A stretch of DNA of 64,000 nucleotides from Schmidtea nova. Its lineage: Eukaryota. Within the stretch, counting starts at the first letter, position 1; each line of letters starts with the position of its first letter. Below, piece after piece: positions 1 to 13,761 of this stretch. The stretch lies in NCBI GenBank assembly GCA_044892505.1, contig CM097883.1, positions 77,562,001 through 77,626,000 on the forward strand, written 5' to 3'. A program made the position numbers and the translations under genes. Below the pieces are notes generated by a model that was not told the DNA's origin, ran no database searches, and worked only from the letters and a program-made list of their open reading frames with translations.

Positions 1-2199
1 GGTATGTAATTGGCCATATCAACTGTTTTAGTTTCCTGTCGATAAAGGATGCGATGACCGCCTTGAGACATTTCCGTAGCTCGATCTTGGTCGCCTCGAG
101 TTCTGTTCGATATTCTTCCCACGCTCTCTGTGTTCATTGATTCTTCACGAGTTGATTCTTCATCTGTTCAAGACTGAACCAACTTTTACGCAGCTGAGAA
201 TATGTGGCTTCCGCTTCTTTCAATTTTTCTTTTGTTCTATTAACTTCCTTTTCGAGGCTGCAAATGATTCGCCAAGCCTTATCCAATTCAGTTGATGAAG
301 TTGCGAGAGTTGTTGACATTATTCTGAAACCGATTGTGATTATTCATTATTTATTTTAATGATTGGTAAGAAAATGTAGTTGAGATTCTTTAAGAATTAA
401 CGAGATTTTAAAATGCATTTCGCAGCTCAGACAGACTTCATGTCATCGTTTGAATGACGATTCCATTTAGGTTCATAAAATTATTATTTTAAGTGAGGGA
501 ATGAAGAAAATATCCTACACATTTCAAACACTGTCGCTATGTACAGCGATCAGATAAATTCATTTATAATATTTATTTGTACCTATGCTATCTACAGCAA
601 TCAGGATAATAATTTAATTTATAAAATGAGTTCTTCTGCCCTATGTACAAGGATCAGGATATTAAGTTTTATTTCTCTTTAATTGTAATTACGTTAAATC
701 GAGATCAGGTACCTACCTCTGATCTGTTCATCGATTTGTGTAGGGTGGTATTCATTCATATGTACATTAACAGATGCTACTACATATTTGGCGTGGTTCA
801 CTGTCACTGTCTTGTGCATTTTCTATCAACTGGACTTACACTGGTTTATTTTTTTCTATATTGGATTAGCAATTATAAAGGTTTCAGAGGGTTAATCGAT
901 TCCCTTGATGATAAGAAAGTCGTAGTTCTCAGGCATCTCCTGTGACGGCTCTATCTTTAGCTCCTAAGCTACAGTTGTCGCTTAATACTGAAGAATTCAT
1001 ACGATTGGAATACTTAATTCAAGAATTTAATATGACTACGACTATCTACCCGTCTACGCAAATGTTTATCTTCAATTATACCCTCGGAATCATCGTTCGC
1101 AAAGTTTGATTCAATGACATTTCTATTAGATATCCAGGAAACCTCCCTCGGATTTCGACTCTATTATGGTTATCGAAGCTCCGGCTCCCTCGTGCGCCAA
1201 GCCTCCAGATGCACGATCTCGAAAACGCTGGCTTGTTCACAGCCCAATCTTGGTATTAAAATTGACAATTTAATAATAAAGTTTATATAATGCTTGTCAA
1301 TCTCATTGTGTCAAATGATTTAATAAATAAATGATACTACCCGGCTGACTATACTTGCCAGCAATAATTATAAAATTCCATACCTTCTTCATTGCACTTA
1401 ATACTATGAAGATGGCCTAACTTCACCGAGGTAGCTATTCCACCCAGGCGAAGTCTGCCTCCTTCCACGGGTTTACACAGTAGAAGGAGCCCCCTCTAAT
1501 CATTAAACATAATAAAATAATTCATTTCGCCTCCTACCACCGATCACACAGTGGATGGAGCACAATCTGACAACATTAATATATGTACATCAAGAAATAT
1601 TCCTTTGTAAATTTATTAAAATATAAGACTACAAAAATCATGATAACAAAATTAATAAAAGCATAAAATAATAAAAATTTCATCCATACCTTTGAAGATG
1701 ACTGATCCAAATTTTTACTGTCAAATTTATGCTAAGATCAAAACATTAAAATCATTAGATTCTGAATCAGTATTTATACTGATCAGATCAGCACATCAAC
1801 CAATCAGCGTGAAGTTGATGATCAAAAGTATAATTTATTTATAAATAAATCAATTCAATTTTTTGTTTAAATTAACTTAAAAATTTCTTATTTATTTTTC
1901 TTATTTAACCATTAATTGTATTTAATAAATATATATTCTACTTTTAACTTCTATTTTTTCGTTATCTTTTGATATATCATACTTATATTTCTATTCTTTT
2001 TATTTCAATAATTATTTCATTTCTATTTATCTAATGCCTTGCATGTAAATTTCTTATGATAATATTTGTTTTTCTAAGTTAATCTTTATATTACTTATTA
2101 TTGTCATTTGTCGGTCTAAATGGTGGACCCAACAGTTATTATTGATTAATTTTTAAAAATTAAAATACTTTGACACAATGTAGAGTCGAATTTGTTTAA

Positions 2200-3640
2200 T
2201 ACTTTGCTTTTTAAACCAATAGTCTTTAAATTCGAAATATGTTGTGCGGTTAACGATGATCTTTTTGTTATGGACATATTTTTCATCGATCAAAATGCTC
2301 ATTCAGCTTCTGCGCTGCTAATAGCAACGGTTGACATAATAATTTTAGCTCTCTTTACATTATGAGGCCTTTCGTACAATTTTCGTGTTAAAGCCATTTT
2401 GACAAAATCTCGAAAATCATTAATTTTAATGTCATGCTTCAAAAAGAAATTTAATGTTTGGACCTTTTTTCCTACTTCTGGAAATATGGCGTTATTTCTT
2501 CCAAGTTTTATGTCTCGGGAAAACAATCATTAAAATTGTCTTTAATTCTTCTTCACTGAGTTCCTCATTGTTATCATTTTTAATTTTATAATTACTTTGC
2601 CGCAAAATTCTGGTTTGTAAAGACATTGTTAGAGTCTAATAAATTTTCTCGCATTAATTTCTGAAAGTAATGTTTAAGTTCGAATTCCTTGGATTTTAAT
2701 ATGAAATTTATTTTTAACTCATAACAGTCTTGCAAATTTTTTAATTATTAATTGCATTGATTATTCGCAAGATTAATGAGTCGGCTTTTATAATAAGTAT
2801 GTTGCTACTTCGTAAAGTCTTTGACAGATATAATAATTGTGATGTCAATCTTTTAAATATTTCAAATTTAGAAGTCGATTTACAAAACCCTTATACTTAT
2901 CATTTGATGAAAAATGTTTGCATATATCGTTACACAATAAGAGCCGTTCGTAAACTGCACACTGCCACTGGTCCAAACACACGACCAATTTTAATATTTC
3001 GACACCATGATCTTGTCTTATCGCAGTTTAATCTCGTTGATTTTTAGGAGATTGGTGATAAAATTTATACAATTTATCAATAAATATTTTAAAATGATGA
3101 ATTTCTTTTATATGTTTTATCGCATCGTCTAATGGTAATTGTAAACATTGAGCTAAATTAAAATAGTAGGAAATCTCAAGTAAAAGTTTCATTGCAACAC
3201 CAGGCAATTAGATGATTTTATATGTAATTATCTGATGATCCATACGAATTTAAAGTATTAATTATAATAACATATACAATCAGCGGTACTATTTTTAGCT
3301 CTAGATGATCTTAAAAAATCATCAATTGTTAAATAAATAACCAAAACACTTAATTTTGATATCTTTGTCGATTTGTCGACAATTTTTAAATTTTAAATGC
3401 TCTATTTTAATTTCTACCCATTATTTTGAATGTGACAACATTTTTTTGTACAACACCAAAATAAAACATCCTAATTTACTTTTTCTGATTATTAACCATT
3501 CATATTGCATTTGGCTTGTTTGTCGTTCCAGAAATTCGGAAAAACGATTTTCTTTTTCGTTATCAACTCGAGACATTATTGGTTTCACTTTCAAGTTCAG
3601 TAAAAGAAGAGGCAGATGTTGATTAGGATGTGAAATTACT
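2200..3640 (-). pseudogene. Degenerate hAT transposase remnant (KIAA1586/ZNF862-like)
   Basis: ORF 2299-2526 ends IMSTVAISSAEAE and continues past stops as AF*SMKNMSITKRSSL, the hAT C-terminal dimerisation motif (SSAEAERxFS). An upstream fragment near 3470-3520 reads QYEWLIIRKSKLGC. Many stops; ends not defined. Confidence 0.55.
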
Positions 3641-6600
3641 TCTAATTTTGTTTTCTAAGAAAAGTTAATAAATATAACTGAATTTTCATTTCTAATGTGT
3701 AAAAATCTTTTTATGATTTTATAAATTTCTTTATAAAAAAGTTTTATTTATTATTTTATATGTATAAAATATCACATACATGCTAAAACCACTAACTGAA
3801 ATTTGCATTTAATCGTCTTGCACTCTGGATGATACCGAAAAACCAAACCAACACAATATTCAACTAGACTACTTTAGAAATAGGCTAATGATCATTATTC
3901 TTATGGGGACATAACTCTCTAGCAACCAGTCATGCACAGAAGACCTCATTACTGACCCGATGTTAGCTTTTTTGCCGATGTCGATACTGCTTTAGCGGCA
4001 TTTCCTTTTATACAGACCGATATTTTTTTGAACAAGATCTTATGCAGCTTCTGCGGTTCTACTCTGAGCCTGATTCACCATTTATAGCGAAGTAAGTTTC
4101 GTTTTACAAAACAAGGAGCTCGAAATTACAAAGAATTTTAACAAAGCGTTCGTGCGAGCCCCATTTAGCTTACTACTTATCACTACTAGACAATTTGCAA
4201 ACTTTCACCAATTAAAAATAATAATTACACTATCGTAGACAAATTGCACGCCTTCTGGATGGCAATTTAATAAAGTTTTAAAACTAATATTTTGATTTGC
4301 AGTTTATCTATCTGCGGGGTCTCTGTGACCAATTGGTTGTAGTATAATCTTTATAATTGCGAATTAGTATAATCTAAAATAAATACATAGTGATTTCTTT
4401 TCAAATCACTATTATGGAACAAAAATAATATATAATAAATTGGATTAAATTAAAATACATATAATAATATTTTTCAAAAGGAATGTTGGTAAAAATAATC
4501 TGACACTAACAATAGAAAGAAGCTCCTATTTTTAGAGCTCCTTCACTATAAAATTTAATATCCATGAGAATTCTGAATAATTCTTAAATTTTTCTAGGAA
4601 AATAATAATAAGTGATATATTATTTACGATATTTGGATTAAATTGAAAACATATTGATCTATAGTCTGAAAGAATGAAAATAAACAAAATAATAGTACGG
4701 TATTTAAACAATTTTTGAGTCAACAATAATTAATTTTCTATATATTACGGTCAAAATTTATGATTTCACTATTTTAACCCTCCTTAAAGTTTTCAATTTC
4801 AATTGTTTTGACATTTTACGATAGATATTACTAAATAATAATTTTATATTTTCTAAACGGTTCTTTTATCACATTGTTTTATTAATCATATTTTCTACTT
4901 TCTAATGTGATTATTTCTCTCAATTTTTTTATTAGTACTACATGTTTTTTATATCGATTCCGGTGAACCATCATTGATTCTGCGTTTCGCGTTGTTACTA
5001 GATTTATTATCAAGGAAATTTTCGTGGTATAAGTAACTTATAAAGTCTTGTAAAATTTCCCTTAAATTTTCACCTTTTCTATTAACATAATATTCCAACA
5101 TCCAAATGTCTCCGACTAATATTCCATGATCTTTCCCTTTTCTATCGTGTCAGTCTTTAGACGCGCCTTGATTATTGTGTTCTATTTTCTTACATCTTCC
5201 AAGTTAACGAGCAAGTTACTTTGGGTTGTTGTACAATTGTCCAGTGACAATGACTGGACAAATTTTTAGGAATTTCTTTTTATTATCTGCTGATTATTGG
5301 TTTTCTTTTAGAAACGTGGCTCTCCAGTCTCAATGAGAGCATTTGTGTCATAATTGAGTTTGATACAACGCAAATTCTTTTCTCTTGATTAAATTTTTGA
5401 GAAATTTTCCGAAAAGACGTTATTGGGTTATTTAGATGTAAAATACGAAGCCTTTTTCTGAATGACTGCGCCAGAACTTCTTGATGGCTGAAAATTTGCA
5501 ATTTAACCTTGCTCTGGCAAAAATGAGAATTATCATTGAACGGTTAACATTTATTGAGACAATGTCAATAATGAAATGCCACTTTGACGGATTTAAAAGA
5601 TTGTTCTTTTTTGTTCATTCGTTAGCTGATGTTACAAAAGCATGCTTGCATATACTGATATAAGAAGTAAAAGTGAGTGGTACCTGTGATTGTTGATAGT
5701 TAAAATGAAAATCAAAGAAAATTCATGACTTCTGCATTTGAGATAGTTTTCACGCTAGCAATCACTCTTGTCAAATTGTGCTTAGAGTCAACAACCGCTT
5801 ATTCATACGATAGAAAACTTAGAAAGGTACAAATGTTAGTTCTTATCGTTGATTGGTACAACATATTCACATTTTATTTCATACATATTACATAGAAATA
5901 CGAATAATTCTTCAGATAAACTTACATCCACAAATAAATAATGATTGCATAATTTTAAAAACACATGTAAAATATTTGGACTATCCTCACAAATGAATAG
6001 TACAAGATAATTGTTGGTCCCTACAAATTATTTCCCCATTTGTATTTATAATAATAATAAAATAAATTTGTCTGTCTGTCCGTATATAACGCAGTGAATT
6101 AAAACAAAGTTAAATATAATATTATAAACATATAATATTAAATACATATTATATAAATATAAACAATATAAACAATAAAATATAAAACAGTGCTTATTTC
6201 TATTAGTTGATACGAGTATGCAATCCCTGAATGAAATTAAAGCTGATAATTCGATGTACCGAATTATCAATATTGTTTTAGTGTGGACTATTTATGATTT
6301 TGTGTGCGAACAATATTACTTCAAGAGTATATTACGGAAAATTTTGTTTGTTTTAGATTAAATATTTCTCAACTTTGATATTTAGTTGTTTCTTTTTAAA
6401 TAATTTAAATATTAGTAACTTTAATTATGTTATCCAAGAAAATCCAAGGACGGAACTTTGTTATTTTAACGAAAATTAAAAAATTGTAAACTTTTCCCAT
6501 CCTTTTATTCTGTATTCATCAGTATAAAGACCATATAATCAAATATCTGGCTTTAGGCGTCGAGCAATGAACTTACTTGTTAAACATAATAACGATATAA

Positions 6601-9589
6601 ATGCCTCCTTTTTGTTATTATAGCACTATAAACATAACGCTGTCTTTGCTTTCAAGTGGAAAATCATTTTTTTTATTTTTTAAAATTTTTTTATTTATTA
6701 AAGCATCTTTCTGGGATGGACAAGTATGATCATGATCTCTCGAGTTTTGTTAATATTTTTTTTACTTATCTAAATTAGTTGATAATTTCAGCAATATTGA
6801 AAAATAAATATATTTAATTATTGGTTATTATTTTATTAAAATAGTAACACACAATTTTGTTTATTAGTATATGTTTAGGTTTAAATATTACTTTAAAAAA
6901 TAGTTTTAGTTTTATCATAAACAGTGGTAATTTCCGTAGCAATTGGAAAAATTATACCTAAATTACTTAAAACCTATCTAATTTTAAAAATAATTTGCCC
7001 ATCAAATAAAGTTTGTTGAATTAAAGTAATATAATTGAACAATTTAAATATAATAAATAATTAAATATTAATTTTATAATCACAAAAATATAGCGTAGGA
7101 AAGATTTTTTTAAATGATGTCAAATATTATTGAACAGTGGTTACAAATGAATTTATTTACATATCACCCCATAAACAAATACCTTTTCACTCAGTATTAA
7201 ACTGAATTTAACTGATGGATTAAATAAAGATTCAATTTTTCAATTTAAAAATCGTCCTAATAATGGGATTTTTTTGGAAATCTGTACAATTTCCTAATTT
7301 CTTATTTAAACCAATAATATAATAAAAAATACGTGCTATAATAGTATGCTTCGCTGAAGCTTGTTGGAAAGTGGAGGCTTCTACCACCTTAGTTGAACCA
7401 GTTTCATAGTTTCTTTGACGATGCCTTTGAATGAATCGATGAATTCGATATTGACCGATGCTGTAAAGCTGTCAGTTCTGATACCAACTGTAGTAACTCT
7501 GAAATAAATTATTATCAATAATGAACGTTTATTATAATAAAAATTTCGGGGCGTTGAGTTTTGAATTGCTTCCTTCTTCATATTTAATAAATCTGTTATC
7601 TTTGTATTTGAGTTTGCTTGCTGCCTTTTATTTAATGAAACTGTCATCTTTTGCATTTGAATTTGTTTGCTTGCCATTTTTTAGTCAACATTAAAACAAG
7701 GCTTACTCAATTTGTAAATAAACTATATTTATTTGACTGGCTCTGGTATACGATGGGAATAACTATGACTCTCTTAATCATCTCTTTGAGATACTGGAGT
7801 TATAATAATTTAGTGGAAATCCGTCAGAAATCGTTTATAGGGAGTAACATCCCGGGTACCAGTCGGGTGTCATTTACGTGAGTGAACGATAGCTAAATCT
7901 TCCTATACTCTACATCGAGATAAAACTTTTGCCTTAATTTGTAGTTTAGTATTAGCTGATGGTATCTCTGATACATTTATATATTAATTCAGTTAATGTC
8001 TTAATTATTTACTTATTAGTTGAGGGTATCTTCAGATACATTTATTTTATATCAATTATTTTNNNNNNNNNNNNNNNNNNNNNNNNNNNNNNNNNNNNNN
8101 NNNNNNNNNNNNNNNNNNNNNNNNNNNNNNNNNNNNNNNNNNNNNNNNNNNNNNNNNNNNNNNNNNNNNNNNNNNNNNNNNNNNNNNNNNNNNNNNNNNN
8201 NNNNNNNNNNNNNNNNNNNNNNNNNNNNNNNNNNNNNNNNNNGTTTGATGTCTGGAAAAACTTGTCAATAATAGCTTGGCTAACAGAAAGTTTATTGAAA
8301 GTAGCGTAATAGATAGGTCCGAGGATCAGCAATGACCATTTGTAAAACAGCTTCCTTTGTAAAAGCGAAATTCAGTTCCATAACTAAAAGGGGTATCTTA
8401 GTTCTGAGACATGGGCTTTCTTATCCCACGTTTTGTGTGGATTTAGGACAACCCCCGCAGTGTATTGTGCAATAATCTGTTAGTGTATGTTGCTAATTTT
8501 TGACTCTACTACTTTGTGAGTTAAAGAACTTGAAACGAATATCGATCGTTTATTAGTTTTTACGTGAAAAAAACCTTTTTAGCCCTCTAGAGGAACCGGG
8601 TGGGTGCTTTCTCATAGAGGTCGGTTAGCAGAGCTGGCAAATCACTTCCGATTAGAACCGCCCGGGAAGAAATCAGCGAGTGTATTTCGAAAACAACCAA
8701 TATTATACCCAAAATTTAATTCATCAGCAGTATGTGATTATTCGGCAAATAATTTAAATATAAATATTTTTAAAATGTTTACTTAGCAGGTTCTTTTTTG
8801 CTTTTCTGTTGGCCCTATTTTACCGTTGTTTTTCAGATATAAGTGATCTTGTTTTTAGCCAACAGTCTATTTCTAGAATCAATTACATATTTGTAAAATA
8901 AATTTGTAAATGACAAAGAATGTACTATTCATAATTTTGAATAAAATTTGATGTGAAAAAGAAAGAGCAAGCGAATAAATACAACCCAAAAACACTAATT
9001 CTCGATTATTATACTACTTCATAAAATTTGTTGTTTTTGTTTTTTGTTAATTATATTTATACCTCAGGTTCGGGAATAACCATGATATAAATATGTACAT
9101 GTTGTTTATTTAACTGACTTATAAATGACAGTAAATAATATTAATTATCAATAAATTGTTAAACTATTAAATAATTACCTACGTAACAGTGTTAAGTATA
9201 ATACAATCATGGACTCGCGAAAAAACTATTTCAAGGTGTTGGATACATTGCGCGTAAAAATCCGCGGCGTTTTAAAAATTTTTGACGTATTTGCAAACTG
9301 CCTTAGTTTTTCTGAATTTTTACTCAATTTATATAGTGCTAGCTATCTGATTGATTAATGGCTTTAACTTGCCTCATTACATATTCTGTGACTTTGTACT
9401 AATTATTTGATAAATATTTTTTACTTTGTTAATCTTCTAGCACCTAATTCATCATTTTTCTCATGATAATGATTTTTAAAATGTCTCCAACTAGTGCTAT
9501 TAACAGATTCTGCGATATCAATGCTTCCAATCACTGTTGGTTTTGAGACAAGTTGGTTATTTGAAGATGCACAAAAATCAATACATGAA

Positions 9590-10420
9590 ACGTTTTTATA
9601 ATTATAAACTACCTTTAAAACTCATCGTACAGTGGAAATTTTAAGTTTATTTCTCTCTTTAGCCCACTGTCCACCGATCATGGAAAATATTCTCTCTACG
9701 TTCGCGGTTTGGCAACGTATTGCAAAAAAATTCACAAATTTTTATTATTTCAGACTGAAACTCAAAAGTATTTATTTTGAAGTATTCTACACATTTAAAA
9801 CTAACCAAGTTTTTAAAAATGTTCAAGATTGAAAAATTTTTCTTAAAACTGGTAGAAACATTTTGTGTCATCCACAAAAATTTTTTTAGTTGCAAGAAAT
9901 ATCATACACTTTAAAATTTCTTCCCATGTTGGAATATGTTCTAATTTCATCCAACTAAAATTATTGAAAGTCGATAGCGGATTACTTCATAATTTTAAAT
10001 ATTCGTATGATTTTTTATAACAATCAATACAGTTTAAAATGAATTTATCTTTTTCTTGTTGTAGACCATTTTACCAATTTTGAACAAAATAAATTTTACT
10101 TTTATTGGTAGAAACGATTCTTCATACCTTTGATTTAATATATTTGCTAACGAGTTAACAGTGGTCATTACTTCCAACAAAGAATTTTGTTCGGATTCTA
10201 TTTCTATTACTTTTTCATGAAAAAATGTACATAAGGATAGCGCAAATCCTAAGTAGGCCTTACTGAAATTATCTTCAAAAAATGATTTTAAAACTCGGGG
10301 AGGATTTTTATATAAATAATAAAAAAAGAGAACAAGCATATTTTCTTAAAAATAAGAACATGTTCTCTTTAAAAGAGACCTATTGGCAACCCAAAGTAAT
10401 TTCATTGTCATATTGCTGTT
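9590..10420 (-). pseudogene. Degenerate hAT transposase C-terminal half
   Basis: An alternative frame near 9640-9720 reads CQTANVERIFSMIGGQWAKERNKL (hAT dimerisation motif). ORFs 10034-10339 and 9659-9895 are upstream fragments; frameshifted. Confidence 0.6.
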
Positions 10421-10559
10421 GGAAAAACTTACAATTTACGAATTTTATACAACGGTAACACAATTGCAGGGATGCCGCAAAAATATGCTTAAAATTGAGA
10501 ATTAGGTTGAAACTAAAATTATAAAATCTTTACGTTGTGGAAAAAACATCTTTCAACAC

Positions 10560-13500
10560 AAAAAGTATTTCACTTTAAACATAAAAAATAAAGAATTCAC
10601 AAAAAATAAAGACTTCACAATCCTTCCATATGATAAAACAAACGGACTAGTTGCCTTTAATACAGAACAATACGCCACTTTATTTGAAGAACATCTTCCG
10701 AACTATGAACCGATTGTTGAGGTCTCAAATATGTGTACTTGAAATCTCAACTGGGGGTTGGTGGTTCCTATATAAATAAACTAAGACAATAAACGTTTGT
10801 TAATAAGATTTATTTAATAACAAGATTAACAAAATTATTACCGATAATTGTGTACAAATAGATATTCTATACTTTCACACCTTCAATTTAACTTCAACAA
10901 GTTTTAAATTTTATATGTTTTTGACCAACCGGTCGATTTTAAAAGCTCTACAGGATTTGTACCTGAGAGAGCAAAATTTAATCGCAAATTTTACCTTTTG
11001 ATTTTATGGCAATCTGACTAAATTGTCATTGCCTTATATACTAAATTTGTGCTGACCTTTAAAATTGTTTTATTTACAGTAAATTCCTTTCACCTGGAAA
11101 ATTTGAAATTTGTGCTGACATTTATTAAAATTGTTTTATTTACAGTAAATTCCTTTCACTTGGAAAATTAAATCGATTTATGCCACGACATTTAATAAAT
11201 TTTGTTTTGCGACATTCACATGAACAATAATAAATTTTAACTAATAATAAAATAAAAATTTTTTTACAATAATAAAAAATAATAAAATCTAACTAATAAT
11301 AAAATAAAGTTTTAAACTACAAAATTTTTCATAATTTAATAAAATAACAGTTTTGATTGTTTGTGGGGATAAAATAAAATTCACTAATTAGTCAGATGAT
11401 CACAAAGATCGGGTTGTAAATTGTTAGACAATGATTTAATTGATGATCACAAATGAAGGATTAGACAGGTTTTGAGTTTGATTGATGACAGACAATAGTT
11501 AATGATTGATCAGAGTTTTAGAGAGTTACTTTTGAAAGTGATTTCGAACGATTGGGACGGACAATTGATACTTTGAATGATTGAGATTGAGATAGCTGAG
11601 ATTTGATCGGGGGTTACTTTTCTAGATATATATTTATTCGGTATCTATTGTTGCCAATATGATAATATTTATTGACTTTGAATGCTTCTATGCGTCTTCC
11701 CTCGTCATCCAACACGATACACAAAATCATCTTACCTGTATCCACTCAGAATTCATACAATAAGAAACTTTCAGTGCTTACCAATAAACAATCCAACCTT
11801 CAAGTCAGACTTACTCTTAAAATGCAACTATAGTGAGCCTTTACCTAGTAATGACTATTAGGGTGTTTCACTATGTAAGGCAAAAAAACTAAATCCAAAA
11901 TATCTGCAGACTTTGTTCGTTCTTCGAGTCTAAGTAATTTTAAAGACATGTATATAAAATTTCATGAAAATTGGATTATATTTTGAGGTTGCACACTTTG
12001 ATCACTTAAAAAAAATATTACATTGTTAATATTTATGATATTTGTTGTAAAAACAAGAAATCAAAAACTCAAAATCAAAAAACTCTAAATACTAAGATTA
12101 ACAGTCATTATGATTATATAAAACAATTGCATATTAATTAATTTTATAAGATGCAATCTCTTCTTTTGTTCGCTTGGTGACGAATTTTCTGTGAAGCTCG
12201 ACTATCCTCAACAAAAATTGATTTTGTTGTTCGTCATTGACTATGCTACCTAAAGACCACAAAATTTCTTTAAAAGGTAGACCTATTGTATCTGCAGTAG
12301 AGATTCCTTCCACAGCACTTTCTAAAGTTCTTTCAGAAATCCTCAAAAACTCTTGCCCTTTGTTCCTTGTCAGCTTAAAAACACAGCCTAATTCGTCTCT
12401 GAAATTTCAAATATGTCTTCCGTAAAACTCACTACAACAGTACTTCTGCGGATCTCTTGATGTCTCCATTCTTTACGGATCTATCTCTCTTTACGGAAAG
12501 AATTGCATTTTCAGTATCATAGCTTCTTTCTTTGAAACTCATAAAGCGAAAACTGACCTCGCAGACTTAACTCTACACGACTTTATAGAACTACTAAAAT
12601 TAACATTAAATTCAGACATTGTCATAATTAAAGAAAAACCATTCAAACAAATTCATGGATTAGCCTTTCTCCCATCTTAGCCATCTTTTACATGAACTTT
12701 ATAGAATCTAAGATCAGATACTTTTTTAGGGATAAATACTTTTTCTGGAAATGATACATCGACGACATCTTCATAGTATCCACAATTCCTCTCAATCGCA
12801 TCTTATCACATGCCAATTCCAATAACACCAACATACATTTCACTTTTGAAATACCTAACGTAGAAGGTAAAATACTTTTTTTAGATACCATGGTAAGTTT
12901 CTCAAAAGGCCCAGATACACTAAATTTAAAGATCGATCTATATACTTACATAGATAAGCCGCGTTCCACTTCAACGCAAAATCGCATTACTAATAGCAGA
13001 AAGAAAAAGAGTCACAAGCAACTTTTCAGACGCAAACAAAATACAAGAAACCTTACAAAACTTTAAAATACCTTTCCTCAAAAATGGATATCCAGAAGAA
13101 TTGTAAATACTTTCTTAGCAAACAATATCACAACATACGCAACAATAAAAAACGTCAGAAACACAATAACAAATACACAACATATCTACGATTACCTTTC
13201 TTAAATTATACTACAGCTAATAAAATCAGAAAATATTTTAACAAAACACATTTATTTATCCATATACGTCCAACTTTCATAACTTCTGCACCGTTATAAT
13301 TACAACTTCGAAAGTCACCAATTTCAAACATCTCTAAACATAAATGTCTTTGCCGTTTTTCGACTAGATACTTTTGATTTTCCAAAAATATAGTATATAA
13401 ACTTACCTGTCTAAAATATGACGCTACTTATATAGGAGAAACACAGAACATTTTGCACTCGATTTAATGAACACACTAAAAATAAAACCAGCAATTATTA

Positions 13501-13690
13501 CGAACACTGGGAGAAAGCACATAAAATAACCCCATCTATAGACGAAACAAAAAGCCAAATTTTACAAGACGGATTCAAAAATCCATTACAAAGGTTAGCT
13601 TCCGAAACTTCTTATATAAAAAAATACAAATCCTCCATCAACATTCAATTCGCACAAAAAATTATATTAAAAAAATTTTAAATTAAATTT
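10560..13690 (+). mobile_element. Penelope-like element (RT + GIY-YIG endonuclease), degenerate, interrupted by a solo LTR
   Basis: N-terminal FTILPYDKTNGLV (about 10615-10655, PADKG-like); LPKDHK..GRPIVS (12243-12295); SLDVSIL; FKQIHGLA; YIDDIFIV (about 12755-12780); FTFEIPNVEGKILFLDT; GIY-YIG NIVYKLTCLKYDATYIGET (about 13387-13443). Multiple stops and frameshifts. Confidence 0.85.
10715..11714 (-). repeat. Solo LTR (1000 bp) with 4-bp TSD CGAT
   Basis: Starts TGTTGAGG and ends CATCCAACA; CGAT at 10711-10714 and 11715-11718. Minus-strand TATATAAG at about 11033-11041; internal ~64-bp tandem duplication at 11043-11170. Layout resembles the LTRs of elements 1 and 2. Confidence 0.8.
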
Positions 13691-13724
13691 ACTATTTAAG
13701 ATTAAGTTAATATAACGATTGAAA

Positions 13725-13761
13725 TACACACTTGATAAAGGTTGTGCAGAAATATTGTGTA
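13725..13761 (+). ncRNA. Candidate minimal hammerhead ribozyme (U3-A8 variant, damaged stem II) just 3' of the PLE ORF
   Basis: ACAC-TTGATAA-A-GGTTGTGCA-GAAA-TATT-GTGT; a homologous, better-paired copy lies at 26734-26768 (-). Confidence 0.45.

Noticed and set aside
1-340. Minus-strand coiled-coil ORF 134-319 that continues past one stop to the window edge
   Set aside because: No recognisable motif; could be a TE accessory fragment, but it cannot be assigned.
540-670. Three diverged TACA..ATCAG.ATA motifs at ~52-bp spacing
   Set aside because: Too degenerate and AT-rich to separate from an old tandem duplication; no palindromic repeat or unique-spacer pattern.
5280-5660. Possible pogo/Tigger DDE remnant (FLP...NFQP)
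   Set aside because: Only two weak motif traces across several stops.
7381-7677. ORF with an exon-like segment (VTTVGIRTDSFTASVNIEF), vaguely SEA-domain-like
   Set aside because: Weak donor, no partner exons, no real motif match.
7959-8332. ORFs spanning N-runs (also 21491-21775, 26182-26662, 43874-44139, 47659-48297)
   Set aside because: Artefacts of translating assembly gaps.
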